Source of the DNA: a virus | Strand: one strand, 5' to 3' | Length of the DNA stretch: 64,000 nucleotides | IMG/VR virus record: IMGVR_UViG_3300039412_000320 | Shown: piece by piece, positions 17,357 to 27,070 of the stretch | Layout of the letters: each line of letters starts with the position of its first letter | Position numbering within the stretch: the stretch's first letter is position 1 | Notes under the pieces: generated by a model | Told to the model about the DNA's origin: nothing | The model's input: the letters and a program-made list of their open reading frames with translations, nothing else | Databases searched by the model: none | Program-made: the position numbers and the translations under genes

Positions 17357-19843
17357 TTAGCTGGTAGCAGCTTTGGTAGCAGAGGCTTCCTCGTTAACAG
17401 CAACATCTTCGGCGACCAGTACACCCTCGGCAACACGGGTGAAACTAAGGTCTTCGTTGTCTTTATCCACTACGATGAGGTCTCCCATGTTGACTTGTTT
17501 GGTGTTAAGAAAACGGGAAAGCCGCTTCACTACCAGCTTCTCTATTATCCGCTTGAGAGGACGTGCCCCGTTCTTTAAGTCCGTGCCTTGGGTTATCAGC
17601 AGGTCTTTGGCGGCGGGGGTGAACTCCAAGACAAACTGCCGGAGGTCTCGCATCTTTAACACCCGGCTCTGCACCTGTTCGATTTCCAGTTCCACCACCT
17701 GTTTGAGTTGCTTCTTATCCAAGGAGTGAAACACCACTATCTCATCTATGCGGTTGAGGAACTCCGGGGTGAAGCGTTTCTTGGCGGCTTCCAGTCCTGC
17801 TGTCTCCACTTCTTTGTTGAACTCCTCACTGCTCTTTGTGGAAGACCCGGCAAACCCCAATCCACCTCGGGCGAGATATTGCATTTCTCGGGAGCCGAGA
17901 TTTCCCGTCATGATGATGAGGCATTTATCGAAGGTGCTTTGCTTGTTGTCACCCAAGGTAAGTGTGCCTTTGTCAAGTATTCCAAGTAACAAGTTCCACA
18001 GGGCGTCGTTAGATTTCTCAAACTCGTCAAAGAGTAAAAGTGTCAATTTTAACTCTTCGGTGTGGTGGGCATCCAGACTTTCCTGACGTAAGTAGGCTGG
18101 TGTATCCCGGTGTCCTAGATAACCCGGAGGAGAGTTATGTACTTGAAAACAAACCATATAGTATGATTTATCTTTTATGGATAAATCGTACACCATCCCC
18201 TTGTACAGTTCTCGTTCAATCTTTTTTATTCGGGTGTAGATATAGTCATCATCCACATAAGACATACGTTGAATTCCCGAATTTCCCAAGTTTAGAAGGT
18301 TGAGGCTTTTCCCGACTATGCGGAGGTTACTGGCAAACTGTGCTATTTGGTCTCCGGCTACGTATAGCCGGTAACGAGTGGATGCCTTATACCCCCGCTT
18401 ATCCTTCGGGTGTTGCTCCTGCATTTGGACTGCGTACCCCAAGTTATGAAGGAGGAATTGTATCTGGAAAGCCAAAGTTTCGGAGCTTGTGGCGTAGTCA
18501 ATGCGGCGGCAAACAGTCTTCCCCCCATCCCCCAAGATTGCCGTATCTAAAAAGTCGTAGGCTAGTTCTGGGCGTAAGTCGGAGACCCACGCTGGAAAAC
18601 GCTTGCGAAGAGCATGGTCACCAAAAAGGTCAGTCATCATAAGACTTATGGGTCGAGAGGAAAGGTATATCCGATAACTGCTCTTTCGCTCTTTCACCCT
18701 TATGTGAACGTCCCCAAACACCCTGTATATAAGCTCTCTCACCTCTTGAATGCACGGGCTGTCCTGCCCGTGTTTTCCGAATGTAAAATTGATGGATTTC
18801 TTGCTTTTGGAGTTTCCACCTTCGCTAACGTAAAATCCGGCCAAGCGCATAAAATCAGAGCTTACAGGTATAAAGCGGGGGAGCTTTTTTTTCGTCGCCG
18901 TTGACCAGATGTCTTTGTTATCAGACTTAAATCTGGGAAGGCCCCTAGTATATTCGGCTAAGTCGAGGGTTACGTCTTGGAGGGAAGATTTATGGCGAGG
19001 GTATACCACTACATCCCCCGCTTTAAGGTCTCCCGCCGCTATATCTTTAAGATTATTCGGTGAGCAAAACGTGCTGAGGAGCCGTCCCCTCTTTGTCGTC
19101 GCCCGGTTTTTCGTGCATGGGTCCTGAATGGCCCTTATTTCATGCCAAGGAGTGCATCCCACGGGTATGTTGGTGTTTCCAGCCGTTAGTTTTACTATTT
19201 CTCCGGCATATTCGTGGCTATGGGTTTCAATAACAGGGTGCGGTTCCCCATTTTCCCCACTTATGCTAGCGTTTTTTTCGACTTTTTCTATAGGTAGAAC
19301 AGTGCCTCCGGGAAACATCACCCGTGTTCCCGTAATGAAACACCCCACCAATTTGGAAATCTCGTGAGAGTGTTGAAATTCTGCACAATCAACTTTTTTG
19401 AGAGCCTTTTTGGTGCCGAAGAGAAGCTCCGCCATTACTTCAATGATGTAGGTCTTCCCGCAACCGGTGGGACCGAGGAATATTAGATTTCCGACAGGAT
19501 GGTCAGGCGGGGCTAAACCAGCACGGAAGGTTTCGTATGCGTCTACGAGTACCTCAATTGCCCGTGTCTGTCCGACGATAAGATGCTTTAGGCTGCTGGC
19601 AAGTTCTTCCTCAGCCTCGCTCTTGATGTTAGGGTCAAGCCGTTTGCACTGCTTTTTAGGCATTCTTGGCACTGCTTCTCGTCTAAGCATCAGGGTAATT
19701 TCCGGTTCCTCATTACATGATAAGTTCCGTAGTTCGTTTCCTATTTGATGCGTAAAATGCACGGGGTGCGCCCATACTGAAACGCACCCCGTTGACTTGC
19801 GGCAGAGAGAAGGGTGCTTTCTTCCTTTCCCTTCAGTTATCAA
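17357..19843 (-). CDS. Clp-family AAA+ ATPase (ClpA/B/C D2-like) interrupted by an intein; true start possibly the internal Met near 19690
   Basis: Walker A GPTGCGKT. SKLVG[intein]SPPGYLG corresponds to the conserved ClpB SKLIGAPPGYVGY. LLLFDEFEK, GARPLKRII ClpB-like C-terminus. Confidence 0.8.
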   Translation of the reverse strand: MITEGKGRKHPSLCRKSTGCVSVWAHPVHFTHQIGNELRNLSCNEEPEITLMLRREAVPRMPKKQCKRLDPNIKSEAEEELASSLKHLIVGQTRAIEVLVDAYETFRAGLAPPDHPVGNLIFLGPTGCGKTYIIEVMAELLFGTKKALKKVDCAEFQHSHEISKLVGCFITGTRVMFPGGTVLPIEKVEKNASISGENGEPHPVIETHSHEYAGEIVKLTAGNTNIPVGCTPWHEIRAIQDPCTKNRATTKRGRLLSTFCSPNNLKDIAAGDLKAGDVVVYPRHKSSLQDVTLDLAEYTRGLPRFKSDNKDIWSTATKKKLPRFIPVSSDFMRLAGFYVSEGGNSKSKKSINFTFGKHGQDSPCIQEVRELIYRVFGDVHIRVKERKSSYRIYLSSRPISLMMTDLFGDHALRKRFPAWVSDLRPELAYDFLDTAILGDGGKTVCRRIDYATSSETLAFQIQFLLHNLGYAVQMQEQHPKDKRGYKASTRYRLYVAGDQIAQFASNLRIVGKSLNLLNLGNSGIQRMSYVDDDYIYTRIKKIERELYKGMVYDLSIKDKSYYMVCFQVHNSPPGYLGHRDTPAYLRQESLDAHHTEELKLTLLLFDEFEKSNDALWNLLLGILDKGTLTLGDNKQSTFDKCLIIMTGNLGSREMQYLARGGLGFAGSSTKSSEEFNKEVETAGLEAAKKRFTPEFLNRIDEIVVFHSLDKKQLKQVVELEIEQVQSRVLKMRDLRQFVLEFTPAAKDLLITQGTDLKNGARPLKRIIEKLVVKRLSRFLNTKQVNMGDLIVVDKDNEDLSFTRVAEGVLVAEDVAVNEEASATKAATS
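18134..19342 (-). mobile_element. Intein (403 aa) with LAGLIDADG homing endonuclease inside the GAPPGYVG motif of the Clp ATPase
   Basis: Starts CFITG (Cys1) directly after LVG, ends VHN followed by S (+1 Ser). Internal LAGFYVSEGG and LDTAILGDGG LAGLIDADG motifs. Confidence 0.8.
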
Positions 19844-19854
19844 TACTGGTTATT

Positions 19855-20538
19855 TTAAAATTTATTGGAGAGTTGGTGTTTTCCACAGGTGCAGGGCTTG
19901 CCACGGTGGACGTTCCAACGGAGACACATAGCAATACGGTTTAGAACTGCCATATGGCCAGGTATTTTTGCAACTGTTCGTCCCCCTAACCCACTCTTAC
20001 CAAGATTGGAGGCTTGCCCGCTTTTAACATTTTCACGAGCTGTTTCAGTTCCATTTTTAACTGCGATAATGTGAGAGACCCGCTTCTGAAGTGACAGAGG
20101 AGTTGAATCGGCGTATTTTTTCCAGTTTTTTATCCTTGCCTCTCGGGATTGACTTTTCCCCCCTTTAATTTTTGCTTCCCGAGGTTGCATAATCCCCCCA
20201 AGTCTAGAGATGTTTTTATAATCATGGGAGCCGGGAAAGGTAAGGTTCATACCACCAGGGTATCCTCTCCAAGTGTGATATTTGAACATGGCTAAAATTT
20301 CAGCACAATTGGCGTCAAGACAATTATTAGCGGTTTCTTCCCACCTTACAGGTTGGGGTAGAGTAGCGTTAGGAAATAGAGTTTGGAATCTTCTTCCAAA
20401 AGAAGACTTTCCAGAACGATGCCGTTTGTCACGGTCAATACCTTGTCCTACATACAACCATTTATCTTGAATAAACGGGTGAGGGTACCTGTAGAGACAT
20501 ACAACCATAGTTGGTTCTCGCTTTTCGAGGGGAGCCAA
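19855..20538 (-). CDS. GIY-YIG-like homing endonuclease, paralogue of 15639-16331
   Basis: WLYVGQG..R N-terminus, C-terminal RWNVHRGKPCTCGKH shared with 15639-16331. Confidence 0.45.
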   Translation of the reverse strand: MAPLEKREPTMVVCLYRYPHPFIQDKWLYVGQGIDRDKRHRSGKSSFGRRFQTLFPNATLPQPVRWEETANNCLDANCAEILAMFKYHTWRGYPGGMNLTFPGSHDYKNISRLGGIMQPREAKIKGGKSQSREARIKNWKKYADSTPLSLQKRVSHIIAVKNGTETARENVKSGQASNLGKSGLGGRTVAKIPGHMAVLNRIAMCLRWNVHRGKPCTCGKHQLSNKF

Positions 20539-20600
20539 GGCGGGCTCCCCTCTTCAACCACCCATGAAAAGCTATGGTAGACTATTTTGAAGTCTCCAAT

Positions 20601-21359
20601 TCATTCACCGGACTGAGGAGACGCTGGTTCCGCTGGACCGGTCACACCTGACGCTGCCTTGGCTTCCTCTTGCTTTTTGACTATTTCTTCCATGCTCAAT
20701 ATTCTTATAGGCACTACAGGGGAAGCAAGCACTTCCACCGGCTCCGGTTCCTTGGGAGGAAGAATGTAACCAAGCAGGGAAAGCTCCACTTGCATATTCT
20801 CTTTTGCAATCGCCGCCATCTTGGACTCAAACTCCTTCCGGAAATACAACCGGGGACGGGAAAGCAGTTCCTTTAGAGCGGCTATTCTCCCTTGTTCCCA
20901 TTGTTGGGGATCAAGAAATTTCCATGATTGCTGGAGTTTTCTGGAATAGGCGAGATACTTCACCCGGCTCTGTCCCAATATCGCAATGCGCATATCCCCC
21001 ACCACGGAGGAACTTTTTAGAGAGGGGCGGGATTGGGTGATGAGGGGAATGACGTAATTCTCCGCTTCATCGAAAGTGAATCCCAGTTTTTGGCTATCCC
21101 GGAGGAAAGCCACTACCCCGGTCTCCTCATCATTAGGTTCAGCGGCGTGGTAGAGCCATGCTGCCATGGCATCACGAACCGGATATACGCCGAGAAGCCG
21201 GTGATGCTCATGGATACCCAGTAACAGGTAATCGGCGTTCTGCCATTTACGCTTGGGGTCATTGTAAAATAATAGGATGTGTTGAATGGTCTCCTCTACC
21301 TCGGGCTTCCCCTTGGGGTTGAGAACCATTGACAGGATTTCAGAAAGCTGCGGTTTCAT
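20601..21359 (-). CDS. hypothetical protein downstream of tail fibre (start MKPQLSE)
   Basis: ORF trimmed to the first Met that does not overlap the tail-fibre gene. Confidence 0.4.
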   Translation of the reverse strand: MKPQLSEILSMVLNPKGKPEVEETIQHILLFYNDPKRKWQNADYLLLGIHEHHRLLGVYPVRDAMAAWLYHAAEPNDEETGVVAFLRDSQKLGFTFDEAENYVIPLITQSRPSLKSSSVVGDMRIAILGQSRVKYLAYSRKLQQSWKFLDPQQWEQGRIAALKELLSRPRLYFRKEFESKMAAIAKENMQVELSLLGYILPPKEPEPVEVLASPVVPIRILSMEEIVKKQEEAKAASGVTGPAEPASPQSGE

Positions 21360-21370
21360 AAAGAATAATA

Positions 21371-23584
21371 CTATGAACTCAGTAGTTGCCAGCTTAGGAA
21401 CGCCCCGGTAGTGACGGTAATGCCGTTCAAGTTTGCTCCATACAGATTGATGACGTATCCCGCCATGGTCGGAGTCACGTCGTTGGTGTGGGTCTCCGAG
21501 TAAACCTGCTGCCAATCGAGATTCGTCGGGTCAGTGCTGTACCAGTAAGTCCGGGTGCTGCTGTTGTCATGAATCTTCATCCAGAAAAGTGGCGGGAAGA
21601 TGTACATGGAAGTTGCAACATTGTGGGAGAAGGCGCTGGTAGTGGTGTAGTAGTCTATTTCCAATACCGGCACAGCGTTGTTTCCCTTGCCGATGTCAAA
21701 CGTCTTGAATTTCGTCCCGTCCGACAAAGCAATACCCTCCCACCAATTGCCGTTGTAAATGGTACTGGTGCTGTACATGAACATGGGGGGTTTGATGATG
21801 AGAGCCGCAATGACCGTCCAAGGAGTGACCGGGAGGTTTACACCATAGAAGTGGATGTTGTCCGCCCCGTTACCTGTGGCACTGAGTGCCAGCATGTTAT
21901 TCTGGGCTATCAGCGTGGACGTTCCTTGGTTGACCCAAAAGAAGCTGGAGGTGGTCGGCGGGGTGAGGCCAGAAAACGGGTAGGTGCTGCCGCTAGATGG
22001 CCCAGTGTAGCCGGTATATCCAGTAATGTTCGGCCCTGTGTAACCCGTATACCCCGTCGCACCTGTGGAAGACGCCGAACCGGGCGGGCCAGTATCTCCA
22101 GTATAGCCGGAATACCCCGTATACCCCGTAAAATTCCCCGGCCCGGTATAGCCCGTATAACCAGTTGTTCCAGCGCCCGTGTAACCGGTGTAGCCGGTGA
22201 ACGCTCCCGGCCCGGTTGGGCCGGTGTATCCAGTGTAACCGGTGAAATTGCCCGGACCCGTATATCCGGTGAACCCGCTATAGCCGGTATACCCGCTGGG
22301 TCCCGTGTAGCCTGTGGGTCCCTGTGCTCCCACGGGCAGCACGGAGCAGATGACCGAGGCATAGTAGGCGGTGGCGGCAGGGTCTTGGGTATTGAAGTTC
22401 GCCACGATGGGTGCCACGGGGATGCTTGCCGACGATGCGTAGCCGAGGCAGAACTGCTGCCCGTCAAACCCCGAGCCGCCACTGAAGGTGATGGTGTTGG
22501 TGTAGGGAGAGCTAAGGGGAGGGGTATTGAACGAGAATGCGTAGGAGACCGCCGCCCTGTTGCAGCAGAACGAGCCGAAGACCGTGGCGGCGGTATTGAT
22601 GCTGATGGTGGAGGACGTGAGCGTGCCTGCACCGTTGTTAATCGTGGCTATGCCGCTGGCGAAGACGAGCGAGGGCGTACCGGCGACCTCCACCACGCTC
22701 CAATACATATTGCCGTTGTTGACGCCGACGCTTCCTGCCCACGTCTCGCCATCACCGCCGATCACCGTCCTTGACCACACGGTGACGACGATGTCCGAGC
22801 CGGACGAGTAGGAAGTCTGCTGCGTCAAGCCTGCCGGTGGGGTGACCGTCCCCCCGTAGTAGTTGCCCTCAAGGAAGAAGAGGAGCGTGTTCCCGGCTAC
22901 CGGCGTGGTAGCCAAGGTGATGGTGAACGAGGTGGAGTTGGACTTGACAGCCTGCGCCTGCACCACGGCTGGAGGCGTGGCAGAGAGGTATCCCGTATAA
23001 CCGGTAAAGCCCGTGTAGCCTGTGAACCCACTGTATCCCGTGTACCCAGAGTAACCTGTGAAGTTACCCGGCCCGGTATAGCCAGTGTACCCGCTCGGGC
23101 CGGAATATCCGGTGTACCCTGTAAACCCAGTAAAGTTGCCGGGGCCGGTATACCCCGTGTAGCCACTTGCTCCCGTGTAACCCGTATACCCAGTGAACCC
23201 TGTGAAGTTACCGGGGCCGGTATAGCCCGTGAACCCGGTGTAGCCGGTCGGCCCAGAATACCCTGTATAACCCGTAAAATTGCCGGGGCCAGTGTAGCCG
23301 GTATACCCAGTTGGCCCAGTCGCTCCCGAGGAACCCATCTGAACTTGGGAGTAGGTGCCCGGCGACCCCACGGTGACCAACTGCCAGAAGGTCTGGTCGG
23401 AGCGGACGTACACCATCATGCCGACTTCTTGACGAAGCTGGGGGATAGCGTCACGGGCGGTGTAGTCGTCTACCTCACGCCATCCCCCGAGGCCGTAGAT
23501 AGCCTCGTGCGTCGGGAAGGTGTCGGCGTCGGTGAACGGGACAACCTGCGCAGCTACGTTTACTCCTGTGAGTGGTGTCGGCAT
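21371..23584 (-). CDS. Tail fibre protein with collagen-like G-X-Y repeats
   Basis: Two blocks of GYTGYTGPGNFTGYTGYSGPTGYTGFTG triplet repeats. Ser/Thr/Asn-rich beta-type C-terminus. Strong SD upstream. Confidence 0.7.
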   Translation of the reverse strand: MPTPLTGVNVAAQVVPFTDADTFPTHEAIYGLGGWREVDDYTARDAIPQLRQEVGMMVYVRSDQTFWQLVTVGSPGTYSQVQMGSSGATGPTGYTGYTGPGNFTGYTGYSGPTGYTGFTGYTGPGNFTGFTGYTGYTGASGYTGYTGPGNFTGFTGYTGYSGPSGYTGYTGPGNFTGYSGYTGYSGFTGYTGFTGYTGYLSATPPAVVQAQAVKSNSTSFTITLATTPVAGNTLLFFLEGNYYGGTVTPPAGLTQQTSYSSGSDIVVTVWSRTVIGGDGETWAGSVGVNNGNMYWSVVEVAGTPSLVFASGIATINNGAGTLTSSTISINTAATVFGSFCCNRAAVSYAFSFNTPPLSSPYTNTITFSGGSGFDGQQFCLGYASSASIPVAPIVANFNTQDPAATAYYASVICSVLPVGAQGPTGYTGPSGYTGYSGFTGYTGPGNFTGYTGYTGPTGPGAFTGYTGYTGAGTTGYTGYTGPGNFTGYTGYSGYTGDTGPPGSASSTGATGYTGYTGPNITGYTGYTGPSSGSTYPFSGLTPPTTSSFFWVNQGTSTLIAQNNMLALSATGNGADNIHFYGVNLPVTPWTVIAALIIKPPMFMYSTSTIYNGNWWEGIALSDGTKFKTFDIGKGNNAVPVLEIDYYTTTSAFSHNVATSMYIFPPLFWMKIHDNSSTRTYWYSTDPTNLDWQQVYSETHTNDVTPTMAGYVINLYGANLNGITVTTGAFLSWQLLSS

Positions 23585-23585
23585 G

Positions 23586-24356
23586 TTAAGCCCAGACGGT
23601 CTTTATGGACGCTCCTGTCTGTAAGAAGTTGAACCTAATAACGTTATAGGTAGTCGTATATCCCGAGGCGTTAGTGAACGATTGCGGTGTCGTGGTAAAG
23701 GAGGTGAAGCTCAATCCGCTTACCGTGACGTTGGTCGGGATACCGTAGGACGCCGGGAAGCAGAAGTACGGATAGTTCGGCCCGCCCGAGCAGTTGTAAA
23801 AAACCGTGAGGTCAAAGTTGGGGGTGAAATCGCTGCCCCCGGAGAGAGTTCCGGGCAGAGCGAGGATGTCGGAATTGGAGAGCGAAGCACTGGCGTTGAC
23901 ACCCCAGTATCGCTTGCTGTTGAAGCTCAGGGTCGCCGTGGCGGTCAACGTTCCGCTGTTTATGTTGATGCTCCAGCTTGAGTTGCTGGTGAAAGGCCCG
24001 TTCACTAGGTAGGTCAGCGTGCCGGGGCTGACGGATACCGAGCCGGTGATACCGCTGCCGGTGATGACCTGTGATGTGGCAGTGATGTTGGAGAGAGTCC
24101 AATTCAAAATGACCAAAGCAACCGTAGAGCCTATTTCCGCCACACTGGGGGAAGCGGAAAAAGTCATGGAGGGGGTCGGTCCGCTCCCTCCCCCAAAGGA
24201 GGGGTCAAGTTGTCCATTGGCTCCAAGAACCGGTATTGCCCCGGCACTCGCCGCTCCCACAGATTTAGTGATAGCAGGTGCAAGGGTTTGCTGGTAGGGG
24301 CCGTTAGGATACCCGGCGAGTTGAGTCCAAATCGGAATGAAATTCGAGTTGCCCAT
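23586..24356 (-). CDS. Tail fibre-like / receptor-binding protein
   Basis: Ser/Thr/Gly/Asn-rich, adjacent to and co-oriented with the collagen-like fibre gene. Confidence 0.45.
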   Translation of the reverse strand: MGNSNFIPIWTQLAGYPNGPYQQTLAPAITKSVGAASAGAIPVLGANGQLDPSFGGGSGPTPSMTFSASPSVAEIGSTVALVILNWTLSNITATSQVITGSGITGSVSVSPGTLTYLVNGPFTSNSSWSININSGTLTATATLSFNSKRYWGVNASASLSNSDILALPGTLSGGSDFTPNFDLTVFYNCSGGPNYPYFCFPASYGIPTNVTVSGLSFTSFTTTPQSFTNASGYTTTYNVIRFNFLQTGASIKTVWA

Positions 24357-24442
24357 TACTCCTCTCTAAAGAGCTTAGTATCCCGTTTAATCACCCTAAC
24401 CCCCAATTAGCTGTCTATCATTTTACTTAAAAGGAGGAATAA

Positions 24443-24874
24443 ATGAGTACCAAGTGTGCAAAGTGTGGAGAAACGGATAAGTCAAAATTTACTAAGAACT
24501 CCGCCAAGAGTAGTGGTTTACAGTCTTATTGTAAAAAGTGTCATAATGATGCCCAAAAAGCTAGACGATTGCAGCGAGGCTACAACTTTGAGAATCTGAG
24601 AAGGTGCTACCGCATTACAGTAGAAAAATACAATGAGATGCTTATCCAACAAGGTGGGGTTTGCGCTATATGCGGAGAGCCTGAGACAGTGGTTGTAAGG
24701 GGTAGAGTGATAAATTTAGCCGTAGACCACGACCACTCATGCTGTCCCGGAAAAACATCTTGTGGAAAGTGTGTGCGTGGTCTCCTCTGTCGTCGTTGTA
24801 ATTGGATTCTTGCTAGGTGGAGGGATGATATGAAGTTATTTGAAAAGGCAATTTCTTACCTTAGACGGGGGTGA
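24443..24874 (+). CDS. Recombination endonuclease VII-like (T4 gp49 family)
   Basis: CAICGE..NLAVDHDHSCCPGKTSCGKCVRGLLCRRCNWILARW matches EndoVII HLDHDH..GKVRGLLCNLCN. SD aaggagg. Confidence 0.7.
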   Translation: MSTKCAKCGETDKSKFTKNSAKSSGLQSYCKKCHNDAQKARRLQRGYNFENLRRCYRITVEKYNEMLIQQGGVCAICGEPETVVVRGRVINLAVDHDHSCCPGKTSCGKCVRGLLCRRCNWILARWRDDMKLFEKAISYLRRG

Positions 24875-25403
24875 CTATGACGGGGGTGAAGAAGTCTTCT
24901 TTGCGGAATACCTTGAAACTTCCTCCAGCTTTCATGAGGTTTTCGTGGTTGATTTTGGTGCGCTTGAAAAGCTCCAAACAGGCGTCGGCGAACTTCCACG
25001 GACCTACGGACTCGACTTCAATGTAACGGTCAAGTTTACCGGCCCGCTCTAAAGCGGCCAATTCAGCCTTACCAAGCTGGTCTTCCAACCACCAGAAGTC
25101 CTGTGGTTCACCGGGTTTGAGCACCGCCCCGGCTTTCTCGTCCGGGTCTCCGTGCCCCCAGTTCATATACTTGATGTCCTTGACGAGGTCGTGGGCGTAG
25201 AGAACTCGGAGAAGGGTTTGGATGTCCATGTTGCTCGGCGGATTTTCCCATGGCCAGCAGGTGAGCCAGTAGCAGTCGAACAGTTTGGCGAGGACTCGAA
25301 GCTGACTGATGACGCCGGGGCGCAGTTCGAGGAAGGTGTGCTGGCGATACCTGCCCATAATGGTGTCGTCAATGTCGATGTAGAGTCTGCCGAACTTTTT
25401 CAT
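24861..25403 (-). CDS. HAD-superfamily hydrolase-like protein
   Basis: N-terminal LYIDIDDTI (DxDxT motif I). Confidence 0.45.
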   Translation of the reverse strand: MKKFGRLYIDIDDTIMGRYRQHTFLELRPGVISQLRVLAKLFDCYWLTCWPWENPPSNMDIQTLLRVLYAHDLVKDIKYMNWGHGDPDEKAGAVLKPGEPQDFWWLEDQLGKAELAALERAGKLDRYIEVESVGPWKFADACLELFKRTKINHENLMKAGGSFKVFRKEDFFTPVIVTPV

Positions 25404-25520
25404 TTCTCTTCCTCAGCCGTGGTGGGGTAGGAATCGCATGCTTCCAGCGTAAGCTGGTGCTTTTTCGGCCCCTTCGCCACTTTGGCGTGCAAGCTCTCTT
25501 GGCAATAAGGGCAATAGATG

Positions 25521-25880
25521 TCAAACTCCGCCACTGGTGTTAACTTGGGTGCCTTCTTCTTCGTCTTCTCCATGTAGCCTCCGCATTACGGAATATAGCC
25601 CGGTACCACCACAGTGAGAGCATTGCTCTATCGTGGGCTGGTTGGGCTTGAAACCCGTGGCATTGCACCACCCGCAGCCGAGATACGGCGGGGCGGCAAT
25701 CGGCCCCCACACGACGAAATCTTCGGCATCGTACTCAAAGTCGTCGCCGAAAGCCTGCCATAACCCTTTTTCTTCGAGGGCAGTGTAATGCAATATCTCC
25801 AGACGTTGGCTGATTTTGAACACTACCCAGTACCATCCGGTAGTGATAATCAGGTCGCTCATGAGTATTCCACCAGCCAA
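25521..25880 (-). CDS. small zinc-finger protein (DnaJ-type CxxCxGxG x2)
   Basis: CGWCNATGF and CSHCGGTGL. Confidence 0.4.
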   Translation of the reverse strand: MAGGILMSDLIITTGWYWVVFKISQRLEILHYTALEEKGLWQAFGDDFEYDAEDFVVWGPIAAPPYLGCGWCNATGFKPNQPTIEQCSHCGGTGLYSVMRRLHGEDEEEGTQVNTSGGV

Positions 25881-26155
25881 TCAAGTTCTTGGTCCCGGTG
25901 TTTCTTGGCTTCTGTTTCCAGGAGGCTCTCTAATGCCTTGAATACCTCATAGGGAGTCATGTTATGCTGGACGGGATTGGTCTCATCATTCCAGTATAGG
26001 GAGTAGTTCTCAGACGGCCTGTAGCCCTTGACTGTGTAGAGGCTCAATATGCGGCCCCTGATGTTAAACTCCGCCACGGGGGTGAGGGAGTCCGGGTATG
26101 CTCTCCCCATAGGAAATGGATGTCTGTCCAAGGTTTGTGTGCATTTTTCGTTCAT
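25859..26155 (-). CDS. hypothetical protein
   Basis: 98-aa ORF, overlapping start/stop with neighbours. Confidence 0.35.
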   Translation of the reverse strand: MNEKCTQTLDRHPFPMGRAYPDSLTPVAEFNIRGRILSLYTVKGYRPSENYSLYWNDETNPVQHNMTPYEVFKALESLLETEAKKHRDQELDWLVEYS

Positions 26156-26161
26156 ATTACC

Positions 26162-26545
26162 TCATCGAAACATATAGAGGCTTTGCCCGCCCGTTTCCAT
26201 GTGAACACCGCACAGCACGAGAATGCGAATCTCATCAGTGATGACCTTCGCCAATTCCGCCGTGTCAATGCCCAGCCAGATTTGGTCGTGCTCGGCGCAG
26301 GAGACCATATCATCTGTGCCGGGTTGGAGCTTGTCTAAGAGGAGGAAGGCGGTGATGTCATCCCGCTTGGTGAGTGGGCTTTCCGGCTTTCCTTTGGGGC
26401 TCTCCTCTTCGATTTTTTCCCACCGTTCGTATAATTCGTCCGCTATCACAGCCTGTATGTCCCGGCCTTCGAGTTCAACGTAGTGGCCTCTTCCCCCTCG
26501 GGTAGACCACACTCTCCCACTCATCGGGATGGCGGCGTCTCTCAT
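26162..26545 (-). CDS. hypothetical protein
   Basis: 127-aa ORF. Confidence 0.35.
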   Translation of the reverse strand: MRDAAIPMSGRVWSTRGGRGHYVELEGRDIQAVIADELYERWEKIEEESPKGKPESPLTKRDDITAFLLLDKLQPGTDDMVSCAEHDQIWLGIDTAELAKVITDEIRILVLCGVHMETGGQSLYMFR

Positions 26546-26553
26546 AGCGTCTC

Positions 26554-26889
26554 CTAGATGCGCTCAGCGAGAATCAAAGTGTCGCCCATGGAGGCGATGT
26601 TAAAACGGTGCCCGCACGCAGCGCACATGTAGTTCTGGCTTCCACCGCCGCAGGGACCGGGGAGGAATTTCATGTTGCCGCAGTCGGGGCACTTGCCTTC
26701 TTCGAGGCTCTTACGAACCTGCTGTTCATCACTTGGTTCTTTCATGGTCATCTTAAAGTCGGTGATGGTTCCCATGTTGACCATCTCCCCGCCCGGCGTC
26801 CCCATGAACAGCGTGCCGCCTTCCATGAAGGACTTATTTCTCTTCCACCGTTTGAAAGCCTCGGCTATGTGTGAAAAAAAGAACATCAC
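26554..26889 (-). CDS. zinc-ribbon protein
   Basis: CPDCGN..CAACGHRF. Confidence 0.4.
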   Translation of the reverse strand: MMFFFSHIAEAFKRWKRNKSFMEGGTLFMGTPGGEMVNMGTITDFKMTMKEPSDEQQVRKSLEEGKCPDCGNMKFLPGPCGGGSQNYMCAACGHRFNIASMGDTLILAERI

Positions 26890-27070
26890 ATCCCTCCTGT
26901 GGGGTTCGACATTTTGCTACCCGCATGGTAAGCTTGGTTCCCTCAATTGGACGGGAGCCGAGACTGAAAATCGGGTCGGGTTCCTCAGTCGGACGGTTGC
27001 AGTGTCGGCACCCATCAGTGGGATGCACGTGAACCGTTCCGCAGGCCGGGCACTTCCATGGTAGTTTCAT
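26834..27070 (-). CDS. small zinc-ribbon protein
   Basis: CPACGTVHVHPTDGCRHCN. Confidence 0.35.
   Translation of the reverse strand: MKLPWKCPACGTVHVHPTDGCRHCNRPTEEPDPIFSLGSRPIEGTKLTMRVAKCRTPQEGCDVLFFTHSRGFQTVEEK

Noticed and set aside
21488-22774. 428-aa plus-strand ORF (Arg/Gly/Pro-rich)
   Set aside because: Shadow ORF on the antisense strand of the GC-rich collagen-like repeat region of the tail fibre gene; composition is low-complexity.
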